Part shown: positions 1 through 13,214 of the stretch, one piece after another | Layout: each line of letters starts with the position of its first letter | Position numbering within the stretch: the stretch's first letter is position 1 | NCBI GenBank assembly: GCA_051294905.1 | Contig: CM119372.1 | Span: 16,556,001-16,620,000, forward strand | DNA from: Botryllus schlosseri | Taxonomy: Eukaryota | Length of the DNA: 64,000 nt | Direction: 5' to 3' | Made by a program: the position numbers and the translations under genes | The notes under the pieces: model-generated | Databases searched by the model: none | What the model saw: the letters and a program-made list of their open reading frames with translations, nothing else | What the model was told of the DNA's origin: nothing

Positions 1-207
1 AGTATGCAATTATGGGGCAACAATATTAGCGATAAAGTCACACAATGACATCATCATAGCAGTGTTGGGATGACTCGAGTCACTTTTTCGTATGACTTGA
101 CTTGACTCGAGTCACTTTGCTAAAATGACTTGACTTGACTTGACTCGGTGTATCAGAAATGTGGATTGACTCGTGACTCGGAGCAAAATTCACGAGTCAA
201 TTTCAAG

Positions 208-628
208 AGCTTCTTGGAGGTACAGAACTTCAATATACAATTAAATAGTATATTCATATTGAAATGAACCCGAATATTTTCGGCTGACACTCGTCAGGGG
301 TAATCGTCAGCAACTAGTAGAGAATTGGAAAGAACATTGTATATCAACAATCGTATCACAAAATATGACGTCACCAGCATGAAATTTCGAATGAGAGAGC
401 GTTCAATGTACTACTTTTTAGGTGATACACGAACTCCTTTTGTTGACAGAGTTTTGGTTGGTGTATTTTGATAAAAGTTGATTCCAAGGCACACAAATGG
501 AATTGTGAACGGTGATATACAATGTTCTTTCCAATTCTCTACTAGTTGCTGACGATTACCCATAACGAGTGTCAGCCGAAAATATTCGGGTTCATTTCAA
601 TATGAATATACTATTTAATTGTATATTG
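208..628 (-). mobile_element. 5'-truncated Penelope-like retroelement fragment with inverted pseudo-LTR
   Basis: Minus 502-416 reads FHLCALESTFIKIHQPKLCQQKEFVYHLK, resembling the C-terminus of PLE GIY-YIG endonucleases. Inverted arms ~231-345 / ~514-628. 14-bp direct repeat gagtcaatttcaag at 194-207 and 629-642. Confidence 0.75.
268..301 (-). ncRNA. Minimal type I hammerhead ribozyme motif (PLE-associated)
   Basis: Minus strand reads ACCC-CUGACGA-G-UGUCAGC-C-GAAA-AUAU-UC-GGGU: intact catalytic core, stem I ACCC/GGGU, palindromic AAUAUU stem III. Confidence 0.7.
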
Positions 629-1652
629 GAGTCAATTTCAAGTCATCAAGTAGTCGATGTCGATAAAAATCACTGTGTCTTACATATGTTCGGATTGTTC
701 GCGCAACGCTGGTGTAACCCGTGAGACCGACCAATCATTCAATGATCGTGCGTTTTACTGAGCCTCCATTGTTCTCTCGCAAATATATTGATCGCAAACG
801 AAATGATCGAAGCTGACAGCCTCTGTTGTCGTAAACTATAGCATAGTAAAGTAATTTTGCAAAATGCTATTTCTGTTCTGTGTTCTTAACTTAGCCAAAC
901 TTCTTGTTTTATTGAAATTGTATTCGAAAATAGTTTATATAGTCCTCAACCATTGGCGAAGGCTCAAATTGTATCGTATCAATTTGCAAAAGGGTAATGT
1001 ATTGCATCAATTCGTTTCACTATTCTCTATTTTGGCTGGTAACTATAAACTGTGGCTGTGCAATTACTTACGTAGTTTATTAGTTCTACTGATATGTGAG
1101 CGATACAGCGTCTTACTTGCGTGTATATTTACCTCTATATATTCGTTCATAGGTTCAAAATCAATGACCACTCAATCTGTATTTCAGACAGCTAGCAAAA
1201 TACAATGACGTAATCACGCCTCATACCTCGAAAAGGCAATTTGACTTGAATTGTGACTTGACTCGCGACTTGACTTGACTTGACTCGACTTGACTCGAGT
1301 CACCTCCGAAAATCGACTGACTTGACTTGACTCGAGTCACCTTCGAAAAACGATTGTCTTGACTTGACTCGAGTCAAAATGTGCAATGACTCGAAATGAC
1401 TCGTGACTCGAAGGTAGTGACTTGATCCCAACACTGCATCATAGTAATACGCGGGAGAGGCAACATCGATTCTTGGGACTCTTGGCCCATTTTGGTGAAG
1501 TGGTACCACGTAATGTTATCGGGGCCCCGCGATGTTATTAAGTGTGCCTTCAACTTCAGCAAATACAGCCAACTGTATACAGCGTAATAACATTACGGGC
1601 AATCCCCCCAAGAGTGTATCATATAGAGTGCATTTTGTGCGGCCCGCAACGG

Positions 1653-2466
1653 CATTTTGGAATTCCAAATATTCAACAATATATTAAAGTGCCATATATC
1701 TTTTTTAGATATAAGAACTTCAAGTTCACGCTAAAACTACTAGGAAAATCCCTGTAATCTCAACAAACTTCACCGTCACATCACTTTTAAAAGCTACCAT
1801 GCGGTGGAAGATCAGCTATTACGTAACATTTCTAGTTCATGATGATAAAGCATGACCCGTTGATGATTCGTGACTGAAAATTGTGATTTGGTTTGGTGCG
1901 ACCTTCTTGTAAAATTACTCGATTTCGGATTGATTGGGTGATTAAATAAAAATGACTGGAGTTGAGTCGGGTCAAACGTTAAAATCAGAGAAGGGCTTGC
2001 GACTCGGAATGGTGACTTGGTAATCCTATGGACGCAAAAATCTATGAAACTGTCATTGGGAATAGTAATATATTAAAAGGTCGTAGCTTGCGTTGCGGAG
2101 GGTATATAGCTATCTAATCAGGTCAGTATGGGAACCGTTAGTTTTCTGTGACCCCCGTGAGGTATATTTGGTTACATGCTCGGTGTTGTTTGTTCTCTTT
2201 ATCCATGTTATTATCGGTGGCGACTGGCGAGTAACGTAATAGTACGCTTCACAGCTGTAACACCAATGAATTCTTCGCCGATTGGACATTTCTGGTCCAG
2301 GTATTCTTAACCAGGGACCATAGACCAAATCGGGGTGCAAAGCACCACATCAGCGTGTACGAGATGCATGGTGGAATAAGGCCTATATGCTGTGGAATAT
2401 TTTTTTGACCAATTTATTCAACTGGAAAATAGTCTTCGCGCTACGGGCGATTTTATGTGAATGGGA
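1653..2466. repeat. ~0.8 kb interspersed repeat, inverted copy of 11776-12558
   Basis: Colinear reverse-complement similarity, e.g. aaaagctaccatgcggtggaagatcagctattacgt versus acgtaatagctgatcttctaccgcatggtagctttt. Confidence 0.85.
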
Positions 2467-3177
2467 ATTTTATGTGAATGGGAATTGTGCACATCACTTA
2501 AATGTTGGTATGGACTTTTTGATTCCTTTTGGAGTAGAAAATGATGGAGACGACATGTGTTCCGCTCGCAATATCCGTCTATAATGGTGCTTGAGGAAAC
2601 CACTGCGACGGTTCAGAAATATTGAATTTGTACTTTCTGTGAGCTCCTTAAATGGCGCAGTTTACATCATTACAGGGGCGTAGCCAGGGTGTCTCGAATG
2701 GGTCTAGTTTGAGAACCACTGTGCTAGCTGGTGGTCCGGATCCTCGAGCCTTGATTAGTATTTAGCATTTCAAATACGTTGCAGCATTGTTCATCCTTAT
2801 TTCAACAGGCCAGTACCTGCAGACATGCGGTCGCATGCAGCCGTTAAACAATATTTATGCAAAGCATATTAATTAAATTAGAGCGTGTTTTGGCGTCCGT
2901 TAATATGGAATTTGAATTAACGAATAGGTTCTTAAATCTTTGAGAGATTTTAAACTTGAAACTTTTATTCACACTTGTACGATTCAGGGGACCAGGATTT
3001 TTCGTATTTTATATCTAGTGTAATCTGAGTCCCACCGAACAAATGTAAACCGTAAAGGAAAATTATGCACCCCATAGAGAACTACCAAGACGGATTCGTA
3101 TGCGTGTGCCTACACCCCCTCCATCGCTTAATCATTCACGTGGTCGCACTCTCCGCGGTGTGAAGTTGCCAGTAGGC

Positions 3178-4045
3178 CAGCGGTTCTCAACCGGGGGTCC
3201 GCGGACCCCTGGGGGTCCGTGAAGCATTTTCAGGGGGTCCGCGAAGCCTCTAAATTTATGAGATAGTTGATAACCTAATTTCCATTTTTTTTAAATTAGT
3301 AAAATCAGAGTCAGTGTCGCTTCATTACTAATAGAACTGTCTTGAACAGAATGGCCGTCTGAGATGAAATAACTTGCTTTGCAGTCTCATTTTTGTTGCT
3401 AAATTGCCAATAGCCTACTGATACGAATAATTTGCTGTATCTAGATATTTTGTTGGGGATTGTGTACAAAACAGACGGATTGATTAGCAAGGTCAATTAC
3501 GGTGACTTCGAAATGTTTAAAAGAATCCATTTGCGCCTGTGATATACATAACCATTTTTCCATAACTTCAAGATGACCTGCTAGATAGAAATGGACAGAC
3601 TCGACGTTATATGTTCAATGAAAAAGAATGCTTGTCAATTTTGGTGCCATATTTGTTGCGATCATACCCAAATGCGTCGTCGGAAGCGTTACGCATTATT
3701 AATACATTCGCCACAACCTCTCTTTGTTTGAATGGATTTCGCACTCGTTCATATCAAATCGAAGGCGCCGATTTTCAAGACACGACCACGTATTTCAAGA
3801 AATGCAGTTGCAGAAGTCGCTTTGAAATAATAAAAGTCAACCCAATTTCAACAAAAATAGTATGATGTTTCACAGGAAAGGTCATTTTGTTGCTGTTTGT
3901 CACTAGCCTACAGTTATCATTTGCGCAAGACAGATGTCCATTGTACGATAATTGAGCTTAATTTGAACTAAAACTTCGGGGGGTCCGCGGGGGTCCGTGG
4001 TGGTCCAAAAGGGGTCCGCGACGACAAAAAGGTTGAGAACCACTG
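3178..4045 (+). mobile_element. Internally deleted Buster/Charlie-type hAT transposon
   Basis: TIRs cagcggttctcaacc / ggttgagaaccactg; TSD cagtaggc; degenerate hAT dimerization-domain motif ALRIINTFATTSLCLNGF in ORF 3611-3865. Confidence 0.9.
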
Positions 4046-4825
4046 CAGTAGGCAATTTAACATAAGTATATGCAGGGCCGAAACAGCACTTCGTCACCCC
4101 CCCCTAAAAAACGTTGGTCTTGGGCCCCATAGCGTCATAAACCAAACAGTAGACCCCTCATCACGGTCTACGTTTTAATCGCTACTTTGTCAGCGAAATT
4201 TGTTATACACGTTAGTGAGCTAGTTTATAGCGTAAGATCGCGCGAGGCGTGAAATTTTCTATAATTCGTGATTGATTCAATAATATCAGAAATTGCATCA
4301 TATTGTTAAACATTTTGTTATTCTCTCTCTCTGCGCACGTAATCAGATTTACTTTAAGATTTACAATCAAAATGAAATGTTTTGAAAAATGTAGGGCCCG
4401 TAAATAAAAATAATTCGGGCGGTATCCTTGGTCCCTCAGCAGTGCTGAGTCAGCACAAGGGCGGTCCTTTTTGACCAATGTTTTCTCGCTGCCGATCATT
4501 CTGGCACACTTCTAGGATCACATTTTGTTACATGACCTAAAACTTCATATGTCTTGGAGCGTCGTGGCGCGGTAATGGCCGACACCGAAATGCCCATTGT
4601 TATTGATCTTGCATATTTTTTCTTGGGGACGGCTACCCAGTACCCAATAATCAAGAAATTTGACATTAAATCGAGCGTAGGGCGAAAAAAAAATGAATGA
4701 AGTTGAACAAATTTTTAGAAATATACTCGATTAATTATGTGTATTCAAGAAATAATTTCAGGACCCCTTCGAGCTCGCCCCCCCCCCAATCGACGGGTTT
4801 GGGATGCGGCAGTTAGAGTCCTGAT

Positions 4826-5018
4826 CAATGTACCCTCTAAGCTGCGCACGTGCGCAAATGCGCCGTGCTGAAACGGTCTCTGCGCACAGAAAATCTCTGT
4901 TGCGCACAAAAACTCCGAAGTGATGACCTTTTTTTAGTCATTACGCACTGTTGTCCAAGGGTCTGCGCAGTAAGTTGGTGATCGTACGCAGGCTTGTCAA
5001 AAATTCGAGGGAACATTA
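4826..5018. mobile_element. hAT-type MITE
   Basis: Termini caatgtaccctc / gagggaacatta; TSD gtcctgat at 4818-4825 and 5019-5026. Confidence 0.8.
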
Positions 5019-5295
5019 GTCCTGATTATATGACGTCCAGATAGGCCATTACGACTCTACGCCGGAATGCGGTAGTATGCTATGTAAGGAATCGAAGCAC
5101 GGCCGTGAATATCAGGCAGGTTGAACACCCCTGGTCTAGGCTTACTATACGGAATCAATGAGTTATCCGGTCAGGGGTGTACCAGTTTCAAGTAAACCTT
5201 AAAAGGGTGCACCACGAAGAAAAAGGTTGAAGAGCACTGCTCTAGATTACTATAGATAACTAACCTATATGGGTAGATTAATAATCTATATAGAC

Positions 5296-5986
5296 CAGGA
5301 ATGGTCAACCTTTTCGGCTAAAGGGGGACATGCAATTGACGAACGAGTGCGCGGTCCACTAGCCGCGCCAAGCGGGTAAAATTTTCAAAGTTTATAAATA
5401 AACTAGGTCAATAATATTATTACTTGAGTATATTGTGGGTCTACTGTATACCGCCCGCTAGGCTCAGTTTGCTAGGGCACGACTATTCGGCGTCTGGCCA
5501 CATCGATATCGAAGGTCTCCGATAATATACAACAATCATTGTGTGCCTACATTTCACCGTCGACGATCTTTATGCGAGCGCAAACGCGAAAAGACTTTCT
5601 CCCGTAATTGCGAATACAGTTAGACTCAATCGGGTAAATTAGGTGTTTTTTTTTCATTTTCAGTAGGGGGTAGGCTACCAAGCAAGAAATCGTGTGACAA
5701 TTAAACACGCGAAGCGTGAAGAAAAATTTCTCTACCATTTTAGTTTATTTTAATGTACGACGATTCACTGAAAATGTGACTGGACCCTGGATCTGCCAAT
5801 GCGTCGGAACTGATATTTTAGTCATCAACATCCCAAGTGTCGCAGCCAGACTTGTAATTTTTGGTTGGCATTGCAAGTTCAAAATCTGAGCAATTCATTT
5901 TCGATATCATAATATAGGAAATTACCTCGCGGGCCACGCAAAACCCTCTCGCGGGCCACATTTGGCCCGCGGGTTGACCACCCCTG
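5296..5986. mobile_element. hAT (Buster-type) MITE
   Basis: Termini caggaatggtcaacc / ggttgaccacccctg; TSD atatagac. Confidence 0.85.
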
Positions 5987-6902
5987 ATATAGACAGGTCC
6001 ATTCGATAATTTCAGAGCCGGAGCCGGGGCCAGAGCAGTGGTAATAACGCGGCTCCGGAGCTGGAGACGGAGCTAATGTATGATAGTAGAAAGCTCCGGA
6101 GCCGGAGCAGTTTAAATTTACGGCTGCTCCAAAGCCCTGGTTTCAACCATCCCTCATCGGCTATATCGGGTGGTAATTGTCCGTAGGCTCATACAACATA
6201 TTTTCTGGAAAGTATTTACGCAATTATGACATAATTTTTCAACTTAAAAAACACAATTTTTTTAATAAGGCCTTCGTTTAAAACACTCTTTAAAACATGT
6301 TTTAAACGAAGTGTTTAAAAACACATTTGATCTAAATGCAACCCTAGGTGTGCCTAAGTTTTTGAGTCTTTAGTTTTATACTTGACAATACGTCTTATTC
6401 GTCTCAGCATTAATATGGCTAATAATCTGCTTTTGGTAGTTGATCAGTGATCAAGACGAATCCATTGAATTTTATTACCGTTTCAATTTATCGCCGAGAA
6501 AAAGGTTGGTACTTTTTGTTATAGTTTGGAAGCTTTGCCCATGTTTTGATGAACAGCTTGCTGGTGCAACAATTAAACCATCGTGATGCAATAATAATAT
6601 TATATAACTGAATACTTGTGACAATCCTTTGAATTTACACGATTAGTGTGCAGGCTAATAAGTTAAATTAAGTATATCGATTGAGCGAGGCCACTCCTTG
6701 TGATGAGGTGGGTGGTATAATCACACATGACTGCTATTGCACACAACAGTGCATTGGTACTTGGTAGACACGTGGTCACTGGTTATGTATCTACTCAGGA
6801 GAGTTTATAAACTGCAGAAAGAAATTATTTGGTGTCATTTTTCTTCAAATTGGGGTCTTAAAACGGTTGCCGACCACAGCCATATGGCATAGCTAATGCA
6901 AA

Positions 6903-8066
6903 TGTAGCGACCGTGATACGCCGTTGCGTACCTAGCAGGGAAGCGGGTTTGTTACTGGGCTCGGGACCTCGTCTCTGCGATCGCCGCCTGCTCCGCGCTC
7001 GTAACACGAAACGCTTAACACGGTACACCAGTCCATAGGTTACAAGTCATAATAATATAATATTCCACGACACAGTAGGCTACTCAAACGGCGTTTCACA
7101 CTAGACTCATATTCTCACAATACATAGCGATACATATAGGCTTACCATACGTCCTCTTTTAAGAGGATTTGTCCTCTTTTTTGACTTTTTTGAAAGTGTC
7201 CTCGGAGGACGCCCTTTTGTCCTCTTTTTTGAGATTTTGTCCTCTTTTTTGAAAATTTAGGTCAGATTTAGAGCAAATTGCGAGTGATATGCCGCAAATT
7301 AGCACAGAAGTGACGCTCCGGCGGATATTTCGTAGTAAAAAACGGTGAATGTAGCTCTAAGCGAAAAGATGACCTTTTTTTTTAGTCACCCACCTGGCAA
7401 TGTGGAGAGAAAAACGGTATTTTGAGGTCTGGGCAGAAGTGATGACCTTTTTTTTTAGTCATCCACGTGGCAATGCAGAGAGTAAAACGGTATTTTGAGA
7501 TCTGAGCGGAAGAGATGACCTTTTTTTTTTCTTTTTTTTAGTCAACCGATCACAAAGTGGGAAAAATTAACCGGTTTTTGAGAATTTCACTCCGGGTTTG
7601 CAAGTTGCAAATTTCTGAAAAAGTGTCCTCTTTTTTGATTTCCAAAATATGGTAAGCCTAGATATATACAAACTGATAACGGACACGGACGACCTACCAA
7701 TACGAGACACGGGCCTACACATAGCACACAAGTACACACAAACCGTATTCCGACAGCCGGGCCAAAACCTACACCAGCAGTAACCTTGCCATCAACAGGC
7801 GAGGGACAAACTACGGGACAATATCACTCTCCAGATGCTCGCACAGCATCGTACGTGATTCATGCTGCTGTTCCCGACTACTCATACTTCACGCTACCAA
7901 ACTCAGAGACATACTCAGTACTCACTCACATCCATCTTCAGCCACGCTCTCGGTCTACTTCCTAATCAATTAAATCAACACGCGCACGCGGTCTGCAGCC
8001 ATACCACGCGCAACGTAATTTCTAAACGCCAAATACAGAACATTCTGGAAACCCGGTGATGCCACA
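6903..8066. mobile_element. Probable solo LTR (Gypsy-like), interrupted by a MITE
   Basis: tgtagc...gccaca termini (TG..CA, near-inverted); 4-bp TSD caaa on both sides; ~630 bp once the MITE is removed; strongly strand-skewed A/C-rich composition. Confidence 0.65.
7137..7660. mobile_element. hAT-type MITE (same family as 42324-42629)
   Basis: TIRs taggcttaccata / tatggtaagccta; TSD gatacata/gatatata (7 of 8); three ~60-bp internal gatgacctttttt repeats. Confidence 0.85.
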
Positions 8067-8106
8067 CAAATATGCACGGGTTTATGCAAGAGCAAATTAA
8101 TCTTAC

Positions 8107-9883
8107 TGTGAATGTCGTTTCCATCCTTCCGCGTCGACTTCACGCAATGGCGTGTCATCATCCGACGCGTCGGTGTCTTCATCAACCGTATTCGCCATCC
8201 CGCCGATGATTTGAGCGTCGCCGGTCGCGTCTTGACGCTTGATAACGACCAGCAGACCGCGGTCATCCTTGAATATGCATTCATAAAGCCAGTCCATGTA
8301 AGTTGCTATGAACCGCCGTCTTTTATCCGGATCCGGGTGCGTCGACCGGTAGAAAGGGTCGTCGTGAAATGATCTCACCACGACCTTGAAGCATTCACGC
8401 CAATCGCTTTCCTTGTTACTTAGTTCGATCCATATCCTGATTACAGATATAAATCACTTATCTTAATGTACATTCGAGTGTAATCTCAGAGTTCGGTATT
8501 CTTCGATATTTGGTCGGGATGGCGCAGTAAATTGAGATTTCAGTTCATTTGTTTTGTTTCATCGCGATATTGTGACGCAATCAAAATCTGTTTAATTACC
8601 CAACCCAACAAGCATTAAAGCATCGTTAATCTTTCTTTTAATCAGCGTGTGACTTTTTGTGATTATAACTGAAACCCCATTCACCTTATTATTATATTTC
8701 CAGGTCTACCTACATAGGCCTACCCATAGATTAGCTAATTCGCAGATAAGTGGTTGGAGTCGCATTCCATATACCTATGGTGATTTTCGGACCGCGACCC
8801 AAATATGTATTTTACAAATGTCTCACAACAACCCAAACTGAATGAACAGATGAATTTTTAATGTTTGCATGATATGCTTTTTCGGGCACATATGAAACAA
8901 ACTAGCTATACAGAATACAGACAACCAAATTGTGGTATGCATATGTAACATGATTTATTGCGAAATAAATTTTGGATTCAGTGTGATTTATGATATCACT
9001 AAAATTTCGTATTCGCACTATTTATTGACCTAAGCTTGGACTCATGCCGAACCGACGGGGACGCTCAAAGATTTGATTTCAAAGTTCACAAAGGAAGCGT
9101 GTTGTGAGTATCATTTCTGAAAATAGAATGTGCGAGAATATTGGTGGGCAACTTATAACACCGATATTATTTAAACGTTAACATTTTGCAATTCCATGGG
9201 ATGGACTGAAGGAGTCGATCACAACGATAGTCAAGCGTAAACAACACGGAGGCTGGTTCGACTGGGTTTGTAGTGTCACCAACAGAGGTGGTCAAAGTAG
9301 TCAGCGTTTGTATAGGTATACCCAACTAGAAGAAGATGTAAGCAAGTGACGTCATAGATATATACCCAAATAAAGGTAGAGATTTACAAGACATGTCACA
9401 AGCAGCCTACTCACGTATAGTGTCAAAATATTGATCGGCTCGATGGGTTGCATACTTTTAGCAGTTGATCGGTGGTTTCTACTCCGGAAGTTGCGAAGTG
9501 TCTAATGGCAAGGTGCAGCTTTCGAAAATTTATCGGTTACCGTGTTACAGCGGCGATATCAACAAATTGTTTCGACAATTTCACACGTCAAGTTATTGCA
9601 AACATACATACTTCAAAATTACTTTCTACTATACAAAATATAGGTGCAAGAATTGAGTAGTTTTTCCTGAAAAACTGTCAAGTAGACGTGGACGTAGTCA
9701 AAATACATTACCACTTGAGTAAGTATAGTGCAAGTAGGTGAAACCTACTTCGGTACTCCGAATAAGTAGACGTACTTCGTTACTGACGACCATAATAGTC
9801 AACATACTTATTGTCGTCCGTATCAGAGAGTATCTTCGTCGTCATCATGTGTCTGTCCGCGACAAATCGTAGCCAATATTGAA
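8107..9883 (-). CDS. Partial GNAT-family N-acetyltransferase-like gene (two exons found)
   Basis: Exons 9883-9808 and 8436-8107 have canonical AG/GT ends and join in frame (AA|G): QYWLRFVADRHMMTTKILSDTDDNKIWIELSNKESDWRECFKVVVRSFHDDPFYRSTHPDPDKRRRFIATYMDWLY...IIGGM. The RSF-DDP..PD..RR motif recalls puromycin-acetyltransferase-like GNATs. Candidate ATG at 9848. The acetyl-CoA-binding exon was not found in the window. Confidence 0.65.
9282..9791. mobile_element. MITE of the cagaggtggtc / (AGTAGA)-rich family
   Basis: Starts cagaggtggtcaaagtagtc and ends gtacttcgttactgacgacc; matches the intact copies at 16193 and 38544. Confidence 0.7.
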
Positions 9884-10799
9884 CTGGAGATGTATCAGCA
9901 CCCAGGTAAGGTAGACTACTCTAAATAGCCATATATATATATAAACATGATCATTATTCTTAATATCATTATTATATTATTATGGCAGCAGCAGTGGCGC
10001 CTATCGCCTGTATCGGTCAAGGGATGCAAGGGAGTCACAGAGATTTATATGCGACTCGACTCTCGCTTACTCCAAATTGCTACTCCTTTCTTCACCATCA
10101 CGACCTCAATTACTATAATTATACCTCGAAAGCACTATCCAATCGGGAATCGGAAAAATTTAGTCGTGACTTTTACTCCTGACTCTTCATGAATTGTATG
10201 AAAACACCAGACTCTTACTCACGAGTCATGACTCCCGACTTCCTAATCCGACTCCGACATTACATCAAGACTGCTTCATATCGAATTTCGTGACTCCAAA
10301 ATGTCCCGACTCGCGACTCTCATTGCCCGTATGCATCATCACAACACAAATTTCGTAATATTCAATTGCTTTCGTAGTTTCGATGGACTGCATTTATTCT
10401 CTCTATCTCTTCGAATCTTCATCCTCTTACACACCCATGCATCCCCATTCCCCACTCCACCCTCGCTTTGATTTGCTGCCGCCTTCAAAGCTCAGCAGGT
10501 CATGTATATACTGTACAGTACAGTATACTGCTATAATATTGATATTACTGTATAGCGACAGGTTGCTAAATATATCAACTATTATGATGTGAACGCATAT
10601 GCTGCCAATATATATTTGACACTAAATATTTCGTACCACTCAATGCTTGCGCAAACAAAATGGACACTATGCAATGAATTCATATGTCATGTGATAGTAG
10701 AGATGTCGACAAACATATTTGACGCACTGTCGTTGTAAGCTGTGTGCGCCATATAGTAGCGTGAAAAAGTAATCAATCTCAGCAAATAGGCTTAACCTT

Positions 10800-11080
10800 G
10801 TTATGTTATTGCGATCCTTTACTCTAACATCCACCTCGGCCTAGAGTGCCCGATGTCACATTTCTTTTCGATGTTGATCTTTTTTGAAGCCGCGGCCCTT
10901 TCTACTAGTTCTTTCCATTCATTGAGAGTGCTTTCATTGGTCGGGTCTTTTACTGGGCTTTTTTGTCGCCTTAAGAATGGCAACGGCGGGGAAGAGGAGC
11001 CCAGATATTCGTCAGACGGGAATCGATCCAGATCCGTCAGATTTGTGGGCGCTTACCGTAACCACTACACCATCTCCCCC
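10800..11080 (-). mobile_element. tRNA-derived SINE (family A)
   Basis: Minus-strand head gggggagaTGGTGTAGTGG...GGATCGATTCC (Pol III A/B boxes); 3' part resembles 38290-38395. Confidence 0.6.
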
Positions 11081-11775
11081 GTCAAGATAACAGAGGTCTC
11101 CAACTCAAATGTGCTCGCGGGCCAACTTCCTGGTTTTTGATGACGCCGCAGGCTGCAGCATCAATGATAGGGTTATTCAATGTGTATAATTTCCAAGTAT
11201 GCCATATTTGACGGGACCTTGCAGACAGGCATTCCACAAACATCGTGAAAATATAATTTACTATTGTACTGTTCGCGCTTGACACGGAAACAAACCACAT
11301 TTTCAAATATTTGAATGATATTGTTTTTGTGCCGTGCATAATTTTTTAATTATTGAGTTATAGTCATCATGCGAGAGGATGCATCATGACATCGTGAAAC
11401 TGTCGGGTTATAATATTGAAGCTCGTGGAACTTTGACGTGCCACAAATATATGTAGAATAATTTAAAATCTACTGAAGATTGATCTGATATCAGATCATT
11501 TGAGCGGTGTAGCCTAAGCCTGGTTTTGATATTGTCGTGATAAGTATCGGCTACTGTCATGGCCAAAATCAAATTAAATCAGCGTTAGATTTTGCCTTCG
11601 ATTATTATTGGAACATATCAATAACAAATTAAATATGATCATTATTGAGCCATAGTAATAGCATTGCTTCTTAACCTTTTCAGCGACCCTTTTCCTTCCA
11701 ATGAGATTTCTCGTAGCCCCTGTCCATTTTCAACACAATTTCTGATGGTAGCCTACCTATTTTAAAATCAGAAAG

Positions 11776-12558
11776 CCCATTCACATAAAATCGCGCGCAG
11801 TGCGAAGACTATTTTCCAGTTGAATAAATTGGCCAAAAAATATTCCACAGCATATAGGCCTAATCCCACAAAGCATCTCGTACACCCTGATGTGGTGCTT
11901 CGTACCCCGTTGGCGTCCACGGACCCTGGTTAAGAACCCTGGAATGGAAATGTGCAATCGGCGAAGGATTCATTGTGTTACATCTGTAGAGCGTACTGCC
12001 ACCTTACTCGACATGGATAAAGAGAACAAACACCACGCAGCATGTAACCAACTACACGTCAATGAGGTCACAGAATACCAATGGTTGACATACTGACCTG
12101 ATTAGATAGCTATATACCTTACTCAACCCAAGCTATACGACCTTTTGATACTATTCCCCATTACAGTTCATAGATTGTTGCGTCCGTAGGATTACCAAGT
12201 CACCGTTCCGCGTCGCAAGTCCTCTGATTTTAACGTTTGACCCGACTCAACTCGAGTCATTTTTATTTAATGATCCGTTCAATCGGAAGTCGAGTCATTT
12301 TACAAGAAAGTCGCACCAAACCAAATCACGTTTTTCAGTCACGAATCATCAACGCGTCATATTTTCTTATCATGAACTAGAAATGTGACGTAATAGCTGA
12401 TCTTCTACCGCATGGTAGCTTTTAAAAGTGATGTCAGAGTGACGTGTTTCGAGATTTCAGTGATTTTTGTACTAGTTTCGCGTGAACTTTGAGTTCTTAT
12501 ATCTAAGAAAGATATATGGCAGTTAAATATATTGTTGAATACTTGAATTGCCAAAATG
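11776..12558. repeat. Inverted partner of 1653-2466
   Basis: Reverse-complement colinearity; abuts the right end of a cagggttgtaa-family MITE (~12559-12722). Confidence 0.85.
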
Positions 12559-13214
12559 GACTCGAGTCATAATTCCATGACTCGGACTCGACCCTCTGCT
12601 CGCTGACTTGGACTCGGACTTGACTCTGTGGTGAATTGAAATGACTCGACTTGACTCGAGTCAAAACTATAAAAGTGGGATTGACTTGTGACTCGGAGCC
12701 TTGTGACTTGGTTACAACCCTGGTAATCGTCCGTATAGGCCAGTGGTCGGGAACCTTTTTCGACCGAAGAGCCATATTGACCCAATATTTCCAATTGTAA
12801 CTCCCAAAGAGCCATACACGAGAATCAACTGTTACATAACAATTGAAAATTCGTGACGTAATGGTAGCACTAATATATGGGAATCGTAATGTGCGCCATA
12901 TTTTTCTGCCCACATGCGACATGCGTAGGTGGAGCCAAACTACAGCAGTACATACCCACTGCAGGGTGTGATACGTCAGTGACGTGGGGTTAAGGGAGGA
13001 AAGTGGGGCAGGGCCTCACCTGTCGTCAGGGATGAGTGAGGGAGAATGGCGAAACCTTCAATGATTATTATTGGTATTTTTATAGATGTTTATGAATGAT
13101 TAGATTCAAAACGTTTCTATTGCCAAAATCGAGGAATTTTATATTTATTGTTCAAAAATAAATCGAGAAAGGAGAGTTAACGCACAAATGAGGCACAGAC
13201 CGACCAATCCGCAT

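Larger units (their letters stand above)
60..1436. mobile_element. Non-autonomous hAT-type element (GACTC-rich subterminal repeats) hosting a Penelope-like insert
   Basis: TIRs cagtgttgggat / atcccaacactg; perfect 8-bp TSD catcatag at 52-59 and 1437-1444. Confidence 0.9.

Noticed and set aside
70..200. GACTC/GAGTC arrays here and at 1240-1425, 44480-44650 and 49470-50010 as CRISPR-like repeats
   Set aside because: No repeat-spacer periodicity; they are subterminal motifs of MITEs with TIRs and TSDs in eukaryotic DNA
10822..10990. Minus-strand peptide ending KKCDIGHSRPRWMLE
   Set aside because: Lies within a SINE body; the similar copy at ~38290 is frameshifted
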